Source: an uncultured archaeon
GTDB taxonomy: Archaea > Thermoproteota > Bathyarchaeia > Bathyarchaeales > Bathycorpusculaceae
NCBI GenBank assembly: GCA_963782915.1
Contig: CAWALK010000020.1
Coordinates: forward strand, 320,001 to 384,000
Direction: 5' to 3'
Length of the DNA: 64,000 nucleotides
Shown here: in pieces, positions 22,213 to 32,281 of the stretch
How positions within the stretch are numbered: the first letter of the stretch is position 1
Layout of the letters: every line of letters begins with the position of its first letter
Notes under the pieces: generated by a model
The model's database searches: none
Told to the model about the DNA's origin: nothing
The model's input: only the letters and a program-made list of their open reading frames with translations
Translations under genes and position numbers: made by a program

Positions 22213-22275
22213 TAAGACCATTAAGAACTAGTTTTGGAGCGTTAGATTTCTATAATTCAGGTATGATCTTATTGA

Positions 22276-22401
22276 TTAAACAGTAATTTTGAAGCTTTTA
22301 TGGCATTTATCGCAATCATAGACTTGGATAAAGAAAGCACTGTTCTTTAGTTCTCTTGATGGGGTTGTAACTTCGTTTTCGCAATTGGGACATTTTGCCA
22401 C
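22276..22401 (-). CDS. 41-aa zinc-ribbon microprotein (not in ORF track)
   Basis: MAKCPNCENEVTTPSRELKNSAFFIQVYDCDKCHKSFKITV; paralog at 26484-26609. Confidence 0.8.
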   Translation of the reverse strand: MAKCPNCENEVTTPSRELKNSAFFIQVYDCDKCHKSFKITV

Positions 22402-22526
22402 AGGTATCAGTAACTTCAGCGCTTACTCACATTCGGAATATGAACATTGCCCTCTGGCGTTGCCCTAATAATCCAACAAACTATTGATGCTAATCATCTA
22501 TACCCCTATCATACTACTCTTGGGGG

Positions 22527-23339
22527 TTATCCAATTTGGAATGCCCTCATTGAAACCGAGCCATTCTGGAAACCCTCATGAATGAACCTTAGCTTATCCT
22601 CTTTTCGCTGGAGACCAATTGCGTAAATCATTGGCAAGTAATGGTCTTGAGTGGGCACCGCATAGACTGCTTCTTTTCCTAACTGGAGGTAATTAATGAG
22701 TGCTTGATGATCCCTTGAAACTAGAGCCTGCTTGATTTTCCCGTCAAATTCTACAGCCCAATCAAACGGTTCGGCATCTATATCAAAATCTATCACCCCT
22801 AAATTGTGGACAATGTTGCCGCTGCCGATAATCAGTACCCCTTTCTCCCTAAGAGGCGCAAGCTCGGAGGCTAACCTGTAATGGTACTCGATGGGTTTTG
22901 GGTTCCAATTATTGTAGGGCGAGTAGTCTAAGCTCATTTCATAGACTGGGATGTTGGCTTCTGGGTACATGTGCTTTAGAACTGCCCATGCTGCATGGTC
23001 AAGCCCCCAATCGCCGCATTTTACTTCGGTTGATTTGACGGTGTTTATTGTTAATTGGGCATCTTTTGGGGCGCCTGGGCTGGGGTAGTTGGTTTGGTAT
23101 AGTTCGTCTGGGAAACCGTAGAAGTCATAGATTGTTTTGGGTTTGTTTGTGCATGTGACGTATGTGCCGTCTGTTAGCCAGTGGGCGGAGATTACAAGTA
23201 TTGCTTTTGGCTGGGGGATTTCTTTGGCTGCCTTAACCAAGCTGCGGGTATAGCTGTTATCTAAGATTATGTTCATGGGTGAGCCATGCCCTATGAAGAG
23301 AACGGGCATAATTTCGGCTTGTTTTGGCATTCCAGTCAC
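22527..23339 (-). CDS. ygiD: DODA-type (YgiD/LigB) extradiol dioxygenase
   Basis: FIGHGSPM, ISAHW, YDFYGFP, GLDHAAW, GSGNIVHNL, PTQDHYLP. Confidence 0.9.
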   Translation of the reverse strand: MTGMPKQAEIMPVLFIGHGSPMNIILDNSYTRSLVKAAKEIPQPKAILVISAHWLTDGTYVTCTNKPKTIYDFYGFPDELYQTNYPSPGAPKDAQLTINTVKSTEVKCGDWGLDHAAWAVLKHMYPEANIPVYEMSLDYSPYNNWNPKPIEYHYRLASELAPLREKGVLIIGSGNIVHNLGVIDFDIDAEPFDWAVEFDGKIKQALVSRDHQALINYLQLGKEAVYAVPTQDHYLPMIYAIGLQRKEDKLRFIHEGFQNGSVSMRAFQIG

Positions 23340-24173
23340 TTTTTAGCTTTTATGAAAGTTCCCTCTTCCAGCTCTTCGTAAGCTTGGTCTAATTCTTCTT
23401 CGGTATTCATCACAATTGGTCCTCTCCACGCTACAGGCTCATTTAGCGGTTCACCTGACACAAAAAGAAAACGACAGCCACCTTTAGAGCATATCTTAAC
23501 TAAGTCGCCTTCACCGAAAACTACACACTGCCCCTGTTCAACGGTTTTGCCTTGAATCTCCGCAGAGCCCTCAACAATGTAAGCAAAACACAGTGTCATT
23601 CTTTGGCGTTGCATGCTCGAATATTTCACCAGCCGTTAACTCGACATCAAAATATTCAATATCAATCGCTAAATCCCGAACAGGACCCTGAATTCCACCC
23701 ACCCTACCCGCTATAACCTTAATCTTTGCTTCGTCTTTGTTGACCGTTGGAATCTGCTCTTTAACTATGCCCCGATATTTCGGGTCAACCATCTTTTTCT
23801 TTGCTGGCAAATTCACCCATAACTGAAAACCCTGCATCAAACCCTCATACTTCTGCGGCATTTCCTGATGAATAATACCCGAACCCGCAGTCATCCACTG
23901 AACATCCCCCGATTTGATTACCCCTTTGTTACCCATACTATCGCCATGTTCCACTTCGCCCGTCCACATGTACGTGACTGTTTCCATTCCTCTATGGGGA
24001 TGCCATGGGAAGCCTTTGATGTAGTCTTGGGGGTTGTCTGATCCGAAGTGGTCTAGCAGCAAGAAGGGGTCGAGTGTGGATTCATCGTCGTTTCCTAGGA
24101 CTCTTTTTAGTTTGACGCCTGCGCCTTCGAGGGTTGGTTGCCGATTCAAGATTTTGTGTATTTGTCGTTCCAA
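23336..24173 (-). CDS. Pirin family protein (frameshift near 23600)
   Basis: DPFLLLDHF, HPHRGMETVTY, WMTAGSGIIHQE, GPIVMNT. Confidence 0.93.
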
Positions 24174-24377
24174 AAAAATCGCCTCAGAATAAAGGATTTT
24201 TCCCATTTTCTAGTTCCTTGTTCCTGCTAATATTTCTAGTGAAAATTCTCAGCTTAGCATAATCCGCATAGGCTGCCAACACATAACCGATTGCTACATC
24301 GAAAAGTATAATTCACCAACCTTTGTAGGCACCTGACTTACATATCCAAAAAGAACGCCAAAGGTGAACAAAGAAAC

Positions 24378-24782
24378 ATGCCATTGGACTGCGGAAACTG
24401 CTGTAAATGCGAAAACGAATTATGGGGAAGCTTCTATCCAGGGGAAGAATGGAAAATGAAGCATTTCCAAGGCTATGTTTTCCAGCTTGAAGGCGTATGG
24501 TTCTTCCACTCGTGTCCCCACCAGCAGAAAGACGGAAAATGCGGCGTACACGACGAATCTTGGCGCCCAATACAATGCCAAATGTACCCTTGCTACATAA
24601 ATTACCAAGGCGAAGTGGATGTGGATTTTGAGTTGTGCCCAAACGCTAAACAAGTCGATGATGACTTCAAAGCGTGGGTTAAAGGCATGTATACGCAACT
24701 GAATTTGAGTCTTGAAGAGTTGAAGCGTTGGGGGCAAGTTGTGGCTAAATGGAGTGAACCAGCCAAATGCCAAGTCAAGTGA
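24378..24782 (+). CDS. YkgJ-like Cys-cluster protein
   Basis: CGNCCKC, CPH, CGVH..RPIQCQMYP. Confidence 0.75.
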   Translation: MPLDCGNCCKCENELWGSFYPGEEWKMKHFQGYVFQLEGVWFFHSCPHQQKDGKCGVHDESWRPIQCQMYPCYINYQGEVDVDFELCPNAKQVDDDFKAWVKGMYTQLNLSLEELKRWGQVVAKWSEPAKCQVK

Positions 24783-24946
24783 CTACCGCAAGTTCCACTT
24801 TTAATTCGAATACCATCAAGTTCACAAACTAAATCTCGCAGATTTCTGTAACATCAGAAAAAGATAAAACGTTACCGTGGCATGTTAAGTGGGGGTTAAT
24901 TGTCCTGCAGCATAGTAGTCGTATATCTATTCTTGTTACTGTTTTC

Positions 24947-25147
24947 ATGGTGTTGGTTCTTGTTAGCGTTATGTCATTTACTATGGTGTCGATTGCTGCA
25001 GGGTGGACTGATGCTTTTCTCCTTATGTTTACCCGAAATTGGCTTATTGGTGTAGTCGTTGCTTTACCTACTGCTCTGTTAGTTAACATTCCAATAGTGC
25101 GCTTGGTTAGAAGAATCTTCAAGAATAATGAGCTCAACGAAAAGTAA
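24947..25147 (+). CDS. DUF2798-like small membrane protein
   Basis: VMSFTM..GWTDAFL..RNWLIGVVVALPTALL; start may lie further upstream. Confidence 0.6.
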   Translation: MVLVLVSVMSFTMVSIAAGWTDAFLLMFTRNWLIGVVVALPTALLVNIPIVRLVRRIFKNNELNEK

Positions 25148-25169
25148 ATTGAGACAAAAGGTCTGTTAA

Positions 25170-26449
25170 CCCTGAACAGGAACCTAATCCCCAAAAGAAT
25201 ACCCGTTACAACCCCCGACTTAGTCGGGTACTCACTGCTAAAATACAGCGACGGACAAATCCGCTTAATCGTAAAATTCGGCGGCAGATTAGATGAAGCT
25301 ACTTTAGCTAAAGCTGTTAGGTTAGCGTTTGATGCATACCCCGTGCTTGGATGCATGTTTGTAGAAAAACCGTTTCGTCCCTATTGGCAGCGTTGCAGCA
25401 GCCTCCAAGACGCTTTTGAATTCAGTGACAGTCGCTAACCCGGAGCAGGAAGAAGCAACCACCGTTTTTTGCTGGCGCCGCTCGACCCATTTGCGGAGCC
25501 GCAGGTTAAAGTGGGTTTATTCCGCTCGGACGTTGATATTTTATGCATTAAAATGACCCATATTGTCGCGGACGGTGGCGCTTCAATGCAGTATCTCCAG
25601 CTGCTCTCTAGTATATACCGAAAGCTCAAAAAGCAGCTGAATTTTCAGCCCAACCCCAATTTAGGCGGCGGCAGAAGCTACTTTGAGATATTGCGGCACA
25701 CCAGTATACCCAAACTGATGTTATCCTGCGCTCATATTTCAGTGCCCAAAGTCACCTGGCAATTCCTCAAGGCAAACAATGAAAACCTCCGCCCTTGCTT
25801 ACTCATCAAACGCATCGGACCAAAACATTTTCTCCACATCAAAACATATGCAAAGAACAATAACGTAACCATCGGCGATGTTTTACTAACCGCTTACTAT
25901 AGAGCGCTGTTTAAAGTGATTGATCCACCAGAAAACGTTGCCTACGCACTGTTTATTCCTGTTAATCTGCGTAAATATCTTCCAGAAGGCACCCGCAAAT
26001 CAATGGGTATGTTATCAGCGAGCTATTTTGCCAGTATTAAGCATAAAAAAGACGCGCCTTTTGGAGAAACTTTGTCTTTGGTGCATGCTGCTCTGAAGAA
26101 GGAAAAATCAAAACAAACCGAATTAGCCTTAATGTTCGCGATGGAGTTAATTCCTTTTCCCGGTTTTGTTATTCCAAGGGTTATTGGGCCATCGGTTTCC
26201 TCGGTCTCTGCACTGCCTGAATTCTCCAACATTGGCGTAATTGATGCTCAAATCGCCGATTTCGGCGATGTTGCCGTTGAGGAGATATTGTCTGCTGGCC
26301 CAACGATGGCGCCGCCGCTTTTCTGTTTGGGCTCCAATACCTTCAATGGCGAAATGCGACTGACCGTTAGCCTATATTGCAACGATGAATACCGTGTAAA
26401 AGTCGAGGGTTTCTTGGATAGTTTAATTACGGAATTACCGACAAAATGA
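25170..26449 (+). CDS. Stand-alone condensation-domain / CoA-dependent acyltransferase (frameshift near 25430; start approximate)
   Basis: GRLDEATLAKAVR..YPVLG, HIVADG (HxxxDG), VTIGDVLLTA, PVNLRKYL, FSNIG. Confidence 0.8.
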
Positions 26450-26483
26450 TGTTAATCAAGAAATTGGGGTCTACTTATTGGTG

Positions 26484-26609
26484 CTAATGTAGCTCTTTAA
26501 AACTATAGTGACATTTATCGCAGTTATAGGCTTGAATGGTAAATGCACAATTTTTCAGCACCTTTGAGGGCTTGTTGACTTCCATAGCACATTTTGGACA
26601 TATCGCCAC
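26484..26609 (-). CDS. 41-aa zinc-ribbon microprotein (not in ORF track)
   Basis: MAICPKCAMEVNKPSKVLKNCAFTIQAYNCDKCHYSFKELH. Confidence 0.8.
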   Translation of the reverse strand: MAICPKCAMEVNKPSKVLKNCAFTIQAYNCDKCHYSFKELH

Positions 26610-26834
26610 AGAGACACCAACCTTCCTATTGGTTGCTTGCCAGTGATAAGAATCTAATTGACACGGTTATGCAAAAAGAAAGCCTTCCTATTTTGCTGTC
26701 ATGGGCTAGTGTGTATCATAAGCCTGTCTATATGAAATAACAATATATTCTATATCAATGGATAACGCATACATAAAACCGTGCAGGCAAATAAAAACGC
26801 GGAAAAACTCTAATTTGCATGGCGCTAAATAGTT

Positions 26835-27209
26835 TTAGAACTCAACAGCCAACTGCACAACCGCAGCCAAAAACTCCACATCCCCCACCACCCGAGTCGT
26901 ATGTCCCCTGCCGCTTAAATCTTCCAAAAGAAACACATCACCCGAGCGGAAACTCCGTTTTTCACCATCACCGGCAGTCAACACTACCTCGCCATGCAGA
27001 CAACAGAAAAACTGTTTCTTAGGCGCCGGATGCCAATCGCCAAACCAACCCACAGGCAACCTAAAAAAGACCATTTTGCTGGCATCCATAAAATCCGAGA
27101 GGCCGACGGGGGGTGCGGGAGGCGCAAAATTAACCAGTTCAAACCCTACTGTGGCATCTCTGAAATGCGATTCGCCATCCTTATCCGTGAAGAGGGTTAT
27201 ATACTCCAT
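26835..27209 (-). CDS. Cupin domain protein
   Basis: DGESHF, WHPAP, GDVFLLEDLSGRGHTT. Confidence 0.85.
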   Translation of the reverse strand: MEYITLFTDKDGESHFRDATVGFELVNFAPPAPPVGLSDFMDASKMVFFRLPVGWFGDWHPAPKKQFFCCLHGEVVLTAGDGEKRSFRSGDVFLLEDLSGRGHTTRVVGDVEFLAAVVQLAVEF

Positions 27210-27541
27210 AAATTACCAGCCAACAATAACAAGTGTTTAGGAATTTATATTCATACTGCCGTATCTATCATGATGCCGATTTATCCCTCGGGAACTCCTG
27301 CCCTCGTTATGGTGATGGCTGTTCTGGTTTATGGACATAGCGAATGTTGCGGGTCAGGATGAAACTTGACCAAGGCGTTGGCGAATTGCCCGTGTATAAT
27401 TCTTAATAATCCAGCTTATTCAAGATAAGACTACATAAACCGTTGCCACCGTGGCAGCCTTGACAAGTTTGATGGCAAAAAGACTACCTCTTTTGCTAAA
27501 AAAAGATGCATGTCACATAATTAATCATGGAAACGGGGTTG

Positions 27542-27973
27542 TTAGACGCTGGGTCCTGTTGGATAGCGTCCTAGTGCATCAAGAATCTCTTCAGTAGTCG
27601 TCTTTTTGCCTACGTTTCGCACAAAATCTGATGCTACCACTATTCCGACTAGCTTGTTCTGCTTAAGAACAGGTAACCGCCTGATCTTGTTGGTGGACAT
27701 TATCCTTGCGGCTTCCTTAAGTGAAGTTTCTGGTTCAACTGTGATTAGTGTTTTAGTCATAACATCGGTTAATTTAGTGTCTAATGAGGCCCGTTTGGCT
27801 ACGATTCTTCTTACGATGTCTCGTTCAGTAATTATTCCAACAGGAAAAGCTTTGATTACGACGATTAAGCAGCCCAATCCGTTCTCAGTCATAAGTTCTG
27901 CTGCTTCAAATACGGTTTTGTTAGCTTCTACTGTTATTACTTCTTTTGTCATGATGTCTTTAACTGCGGGCAT
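27542..27973 (-). CDS. CBS domain pair protein
   Basis: VKDIMTKEVITV, GIITERD, IRRLPV, LVGIV. Confidence 0.92.
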   Translation of the reverse strand: MPAVKDIMTKEVITVEANKTVFEAAELMTENGLGCLIVVIKAFPVGIITERDIVRRIVAKRASLDTKLTDVMTKTLITVEPETSLKEAARIMSTNKIRRLPVLKQNKLVGIVVASDFVRNVGKKTTTEEILDALGRYPTGPSV

Positions 27974-28281
27974 AAATGATCACGTTAATAAATTAAAATT
28001 CTGGATAAAAGGGTTGTTATTGGTGTTATTTTTTATTTTTTTTATTCTTATTATTTGGTATTGATGCATTTTTGCTTCGGAAAATGAGTAATTCTGCTAA
28101 ATGTGCGGGGGAACCACTTTTCTAATTCAAGACCGTCGTTTTTTTGGCAAATTAACCTTCTATTGGTGAGGTGTGGTTTTTGTGTCCATATACAGCAAAA
28201 TATTGTGGTGCTGATTTGGTAAACGCTTATAAGGTTAGCCGTATATGGGTTGAGGCTATTGAATTAAGGAGAAAAGAAATA

Positions 28282-30895
28282 TTGAACACTAAAAGTAAAA
28301 CTGCAACTATTATGATTGCGGCATTATTGATAATTTCAATGGGAGCTTCAATATATGCACAGACAGCAACTGCAGCAACAACAAGATCAACATTTGCTTA
28401 TGTTACAACCATGCCTCACAACGTTGGGGTTGGCGACACCCTCACTATTTACATGTGGGTCAACCAACTCTTCCCAAGTACTGGTATGGCTAATGACTAC
28501 AGATTCCACAACTACCAGTTAGTCATCACACATCCAGATAACACAACAAAAGACACTTACACAATCGCAACAGTTCAAGATACAACTTCTAACCAAGCAT
28601 ACAGCTACACTCCAACAACAACCGGAACTTACAAAGTAGAATTCTTCTTCCCACAAACACTCGTTAACGCATCTAGTCACGCAACAGGTGCAACAGCTGA
28701 CGACGTTTATCTAGCAAGCAACGCAACATGCACCTTCACAGTACAAGAAACCTCAATCGGCAACGCACCAGACAGCTATCCCCTACCAACCGAATACTGG
28801 ACTCGCCCAATTTACGGAGAGAACAGCTACTGGTACACCATATCCTCAAATTGGCTTGGATTCGGTGCACCTGGCTACCTATGGAACAGCCCTTCAACTT
28901 TCGGAGCAATGATGGGTGGTAACGGTCAACAATATCCATCTGACGCAGTTGGCTCATTAACCAACCACATCATGTGGACAAAACCACTCCAAACCGGCGG
29001 TGTCGTCGGTGGAGACACAGGCGCAATCGCAGGCAATACCTACTTTGACGGCTCAGCATACTTCGTAAGATACGTAAACCCAATCGTTGTCAACGGATAC
29101 ATCGTCTACACTGAACCATTATCTTATGCCCAAGGAACCGGCGGCGACACAGTATGTGTTGACCTACGCACAGGCCAAGAATTATGGAGAAACCCAACAA
29201 TGGGCACTCTATCATTCGCCTTAATTGCTGACTTCGAAAACCCCAACCAACACGGTCAATTCAACGCACAACTCGTCGCAGTAAGCGGAACTACTTGGAG
29301 ATTTTACGATGCAGACACTGGCAGAGCACTCTTCAATGCAACAGGCGTTCCATCAGGCACAAAAGCAATGGGACCAAACAATGAATATCTACTATACACC
29401 GTCACAAACCAAACCGTAGGATGGAATCTATCACAATGGAACTCAAGCAGACTATGGACACAAGGCGGAACCGGTACAACAGCAAACGTTAACACAGTAG
29501 TAGCAGCAAACACAGCCGCACAGATATGACTGGTCAACCAACATAACAGTCAACGGCGCAAACTTGACTACATCACAAAACTTCAGAGTCCTTGCAGCAT
29601 ACTACGACGACTACATGCTATGCATGAACGGTACATTCCCATCAACAGGCACCAACATGTTCTTCGGAGCAACAGAAACATACCAACCATACACCTACTT
29701 CAAAGTAAACCTAAACGCATCTAAAGGTGCTATCGGCAAAGTCGATTGGATGAAAACTATAACACCAGCAACCAATACAACAGTCGTCTACAGCGGTGTT
29801 GACACAACTAACAATGTCTTCGTCGAAGGCGACCGTGAAGAACTCTGCTGGAGAGGTTACAGCTTAACCGATGGCTCACTACTCTGGAATACCGTATCTT
29901 ATCCACAAGACGCAATGGACTACTATGGCAGCCAAGCATCAGGCAGCTTAACCAACTCATTCTACGACGGCAAGATGTACAGTGCAGCATACGCAGGCAT
30001 TGTCTACTGCTATGATACAACCGACGGTTCATTACTCTGGACCTATGGTAACGGCGGCGCAGGCAACAGCACAGACAGCGGCTTCTCAGTTCCAGGCAAC
30101 TACCCAACATTCGTCTCTGGCTTCGGTAGCGGCGTAGTCTACACCCTTACCTCAGAGCACACAATCGAAACACCACTCTACAAAGGCGCAATGCAACGTG
30201 CACTCAACGCAACCACCGGTGCAGAAATCTGGACCCTAAGTGGTTACACCAACGAATTCAGCCAAGGCGCATTTGCAATCGCAGACGGCTACAACACATG
30301 GTTCAACGGCTATGACAACCAAGTCTATGTTGTCGGTAGAGGCGCAAGCCAAACCACCGTCACAGCACCAGACGCAGGCTTAACACCAGGTCAAAGCGTA
30401 GTCATCAGAGGCACAGTAACAGACATTGCAGCAGGCACAACACAAAACGAACAATCACAACGCTTCCCTAACGGCGTAGCAGTCGCATCTGACGCAAGCA
30501 TGAAAGACTGGATGGGCTATGTTTACCAACAGAAACCATTGCCAACCAACTTCACCGGTGTCGAAGTTACCATCAGCGTCGTTGACGCAAACGGCAACTA
30601 CCGCACAATCGGTGCAGCAAAAACAGACGCAACTGGCGATTACTCACTCTCGTGGGTTCCAGACATCACTGGCGACTTCCACGTCATCGCATCATTCGCA
30701 GGCACTAACGGCTACTTCCCATCAAGCGCAGACTCAAGCTTCACAGTTGACAAAGCAGCAGCAACAACAGCACCAACAGCAACACCAACACAAACAGCAT
30801 CTGACCTATACTTCATCCCAGCAATCGCAGGTCTACTCGTTGCAATCATAGTTGTCGGTCTTCTGACCATCGTTATCCTCAAAAAACACGCATAA
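28282..30895 (+). CDS. Large secreted PQQ-like beta-propeller surface protein (frameshift near 29525)
   Basis: Signal peptide after AAGGAG; PLPTEYWTRPI, repeated DxxTGxxLW blades, Thr-rich linker, C-terminal TM. Confidence 0.85.
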
Positions 30896-31096
30896 AACAA
30901 GGAATAAATGAGAACCATTTATTCTCCCTTTTTTAATTTTTTTGTTTTAATTTTTGTTTAATCAGCTCGTTCACGTTTAGCTTCAGAATAATTCTGCTCT
31001 GTTATTACTCCGCAACAATCACATACCGTTAAAAGCAACATGCAATGAACGTTCTATCGGTAGCCACCCGACCAGTATCCTTTGGATAGTGATTGC

Positions 31097-32101
31097 ATGA
31101 AAGCTCAATTATGCACTCGAATAGACAAAATCGAAAACCATCCCTTAATCTACACAACAGTACCGAATCCAACCCCCAAACCCGATCAAGTGCTTATCAA
31201 AGTGAAAGCCTGCGGTGTATGCTACAGCAACCTGCATATGATAGAGGGTGAACTCAAACAATTCGGTGTCCCGGCAAAACTCCCGATTATTCCCGGGCAT
31301 GAAGTTACAGGCGAAATTGCAGAACTCGGCAGTCAATCAAGGGGATTTGAAGTTGGCGATAGAGTAGGCGTTCAAGTTCTATGGAAAACCGATGGCACCT
31401 GCGAGTTCTGTCTCTCCGGCCGAGAAAACCTATGTCTCAAACGCCAAACCACCGGTGAAGTAGTCGACGGCGGATACGCCGAATACATGGTCGCCCCCAG
31501 CGCCTTCGTTCATCACTTACCCGATAACTTGGGGTATGAAGAGAGCGCTTCACTATTCTGCCCCGGCGTTACCGCTTACCATGCCGTTAAACGGGCAAAC
31601 GTACGCGTCGGCCAAAAGGTAGCGGTTATTGGCATCGGAGGGGTGGGTCACATGACTTTGCAGTTTGCCAAGCTGGCGGGAGCCGAAACTGTTGCGGTTG
31701 ATACTTCTGAAGCTAAGTTAAAGTTGGCGCAGGATATTGGTGCGGACCATGCTTTAGTTGCAGCTGAATTGGATGAATTCGTCGTTAACACTGGGAGACC
31801 CGATGTAGTTATGGTTCATGCGCCTTCCCAGAAAGCCGTGGAGCAGGCACTCCGTATTGTGAAGCGGGGCGGAACCGTTTTGATGGGTGTCTGCGGTGAT
31901 GCGCCTATGCAGTTTCCTGAGGAATACACGATTATGGGTAGCGTGATTGGGACGCGGCAGGAGATGAATGAGGTGTTGCGGTTGGCTTCTATGGGTAAGG
32001 TGCGTGTGGATTGGAGTTGTTATCGTCTCAGTGAGGCGGAGGATGTGTTGATTAAGTTGAAGCAGGGCAAAATTGTGGGCAGAGCTATCCTGGTTCCTTG
32101 A
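31097..32101 (+). CDS. Zinc-dependent alcohol dehydrogenase
   Basis: ACGVC, IPGHEVTG, CEFC..ENLC, GIGGVG. Confidence 0.92.
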   Translation: MKAQLCTRIDKIENHPLIYTTVPNPTPKPDQVLIKVKACGVCYSNLHMIEGELKQFGVPAKLPIIPGHEVTGEIAELGSQSRGFEVGDRVGVQVLWKTDGTCEFCLSGRENLCLKRQTTGEVVDGGYAEYMVAPSAFVHHLPDNLGYEESASLFCPGVTAYHAVKRANVRVGQKVAVIGIGGVGHMTLQFAKLAGAETVAVDTSEAKLKLAQDIGADHALVAAELDEFVVNTGRPDVVMVHAPSQKAVEQALRIVKRGGTVLMGVCGDAPMQFPEEYTIMGSVIGTRQEMNEVLRLASMGKVRVDWSCYRLSEAEDVLIKLKQGKIVGRAILVP

Positions 32102-32281
32102 TTTTACTTATTTTATGGTTAATCATTTTTTAGAATTATTCATTAGTGTAATTCAATATTTTTTATTTTTAGAATCAGCTGTCATCAGTAGCCACTTTGC
32201 AACTTAATATTATAAACTAAACTTGACGATATTTGTGGACAAGAGCTCAATTTTTGCTCTAAACAAATTGGAGAAAAAAAA

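Larger units (their letters stand above)
21105..22242 (+). repeat. Four direct repeats, consensus TTAAGAACTAGTTTTGGAGCGT (21105-21125, 21457-21478, 21846-21867, 22221-22242)
   Basis: Copies: TAAAGAACAATTTTGGAGTGT, TTAAGAACTAGTTTTGGAGCGT, TTAAGAACTATTTTTAGAGCAT, TTAAGAACTAGTTTTGGAGCGT. Confidence 0.9.
20768..22260. mobile_element. AT-rich island next to tRNA-Arg with a repeat-delimited gene-cassette array
   Basis: Visible drop in GC right after the tRNA 3' end; four direct repeats, with one small ORF between each pair. Confidence 0.6.

Noticed and set aside
21105-22242. The 22-bp repeats as a CRISPR array
   Set aside because: Intervals are 350-390 bp and contain whole ORFs; no cas genes in the window.
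20768-27500. Complete provirus or integrative element at tRNA-Arg
   Set aside because: I found no integrase, no viral genes and no duplicated tRNA 3' end in the window.
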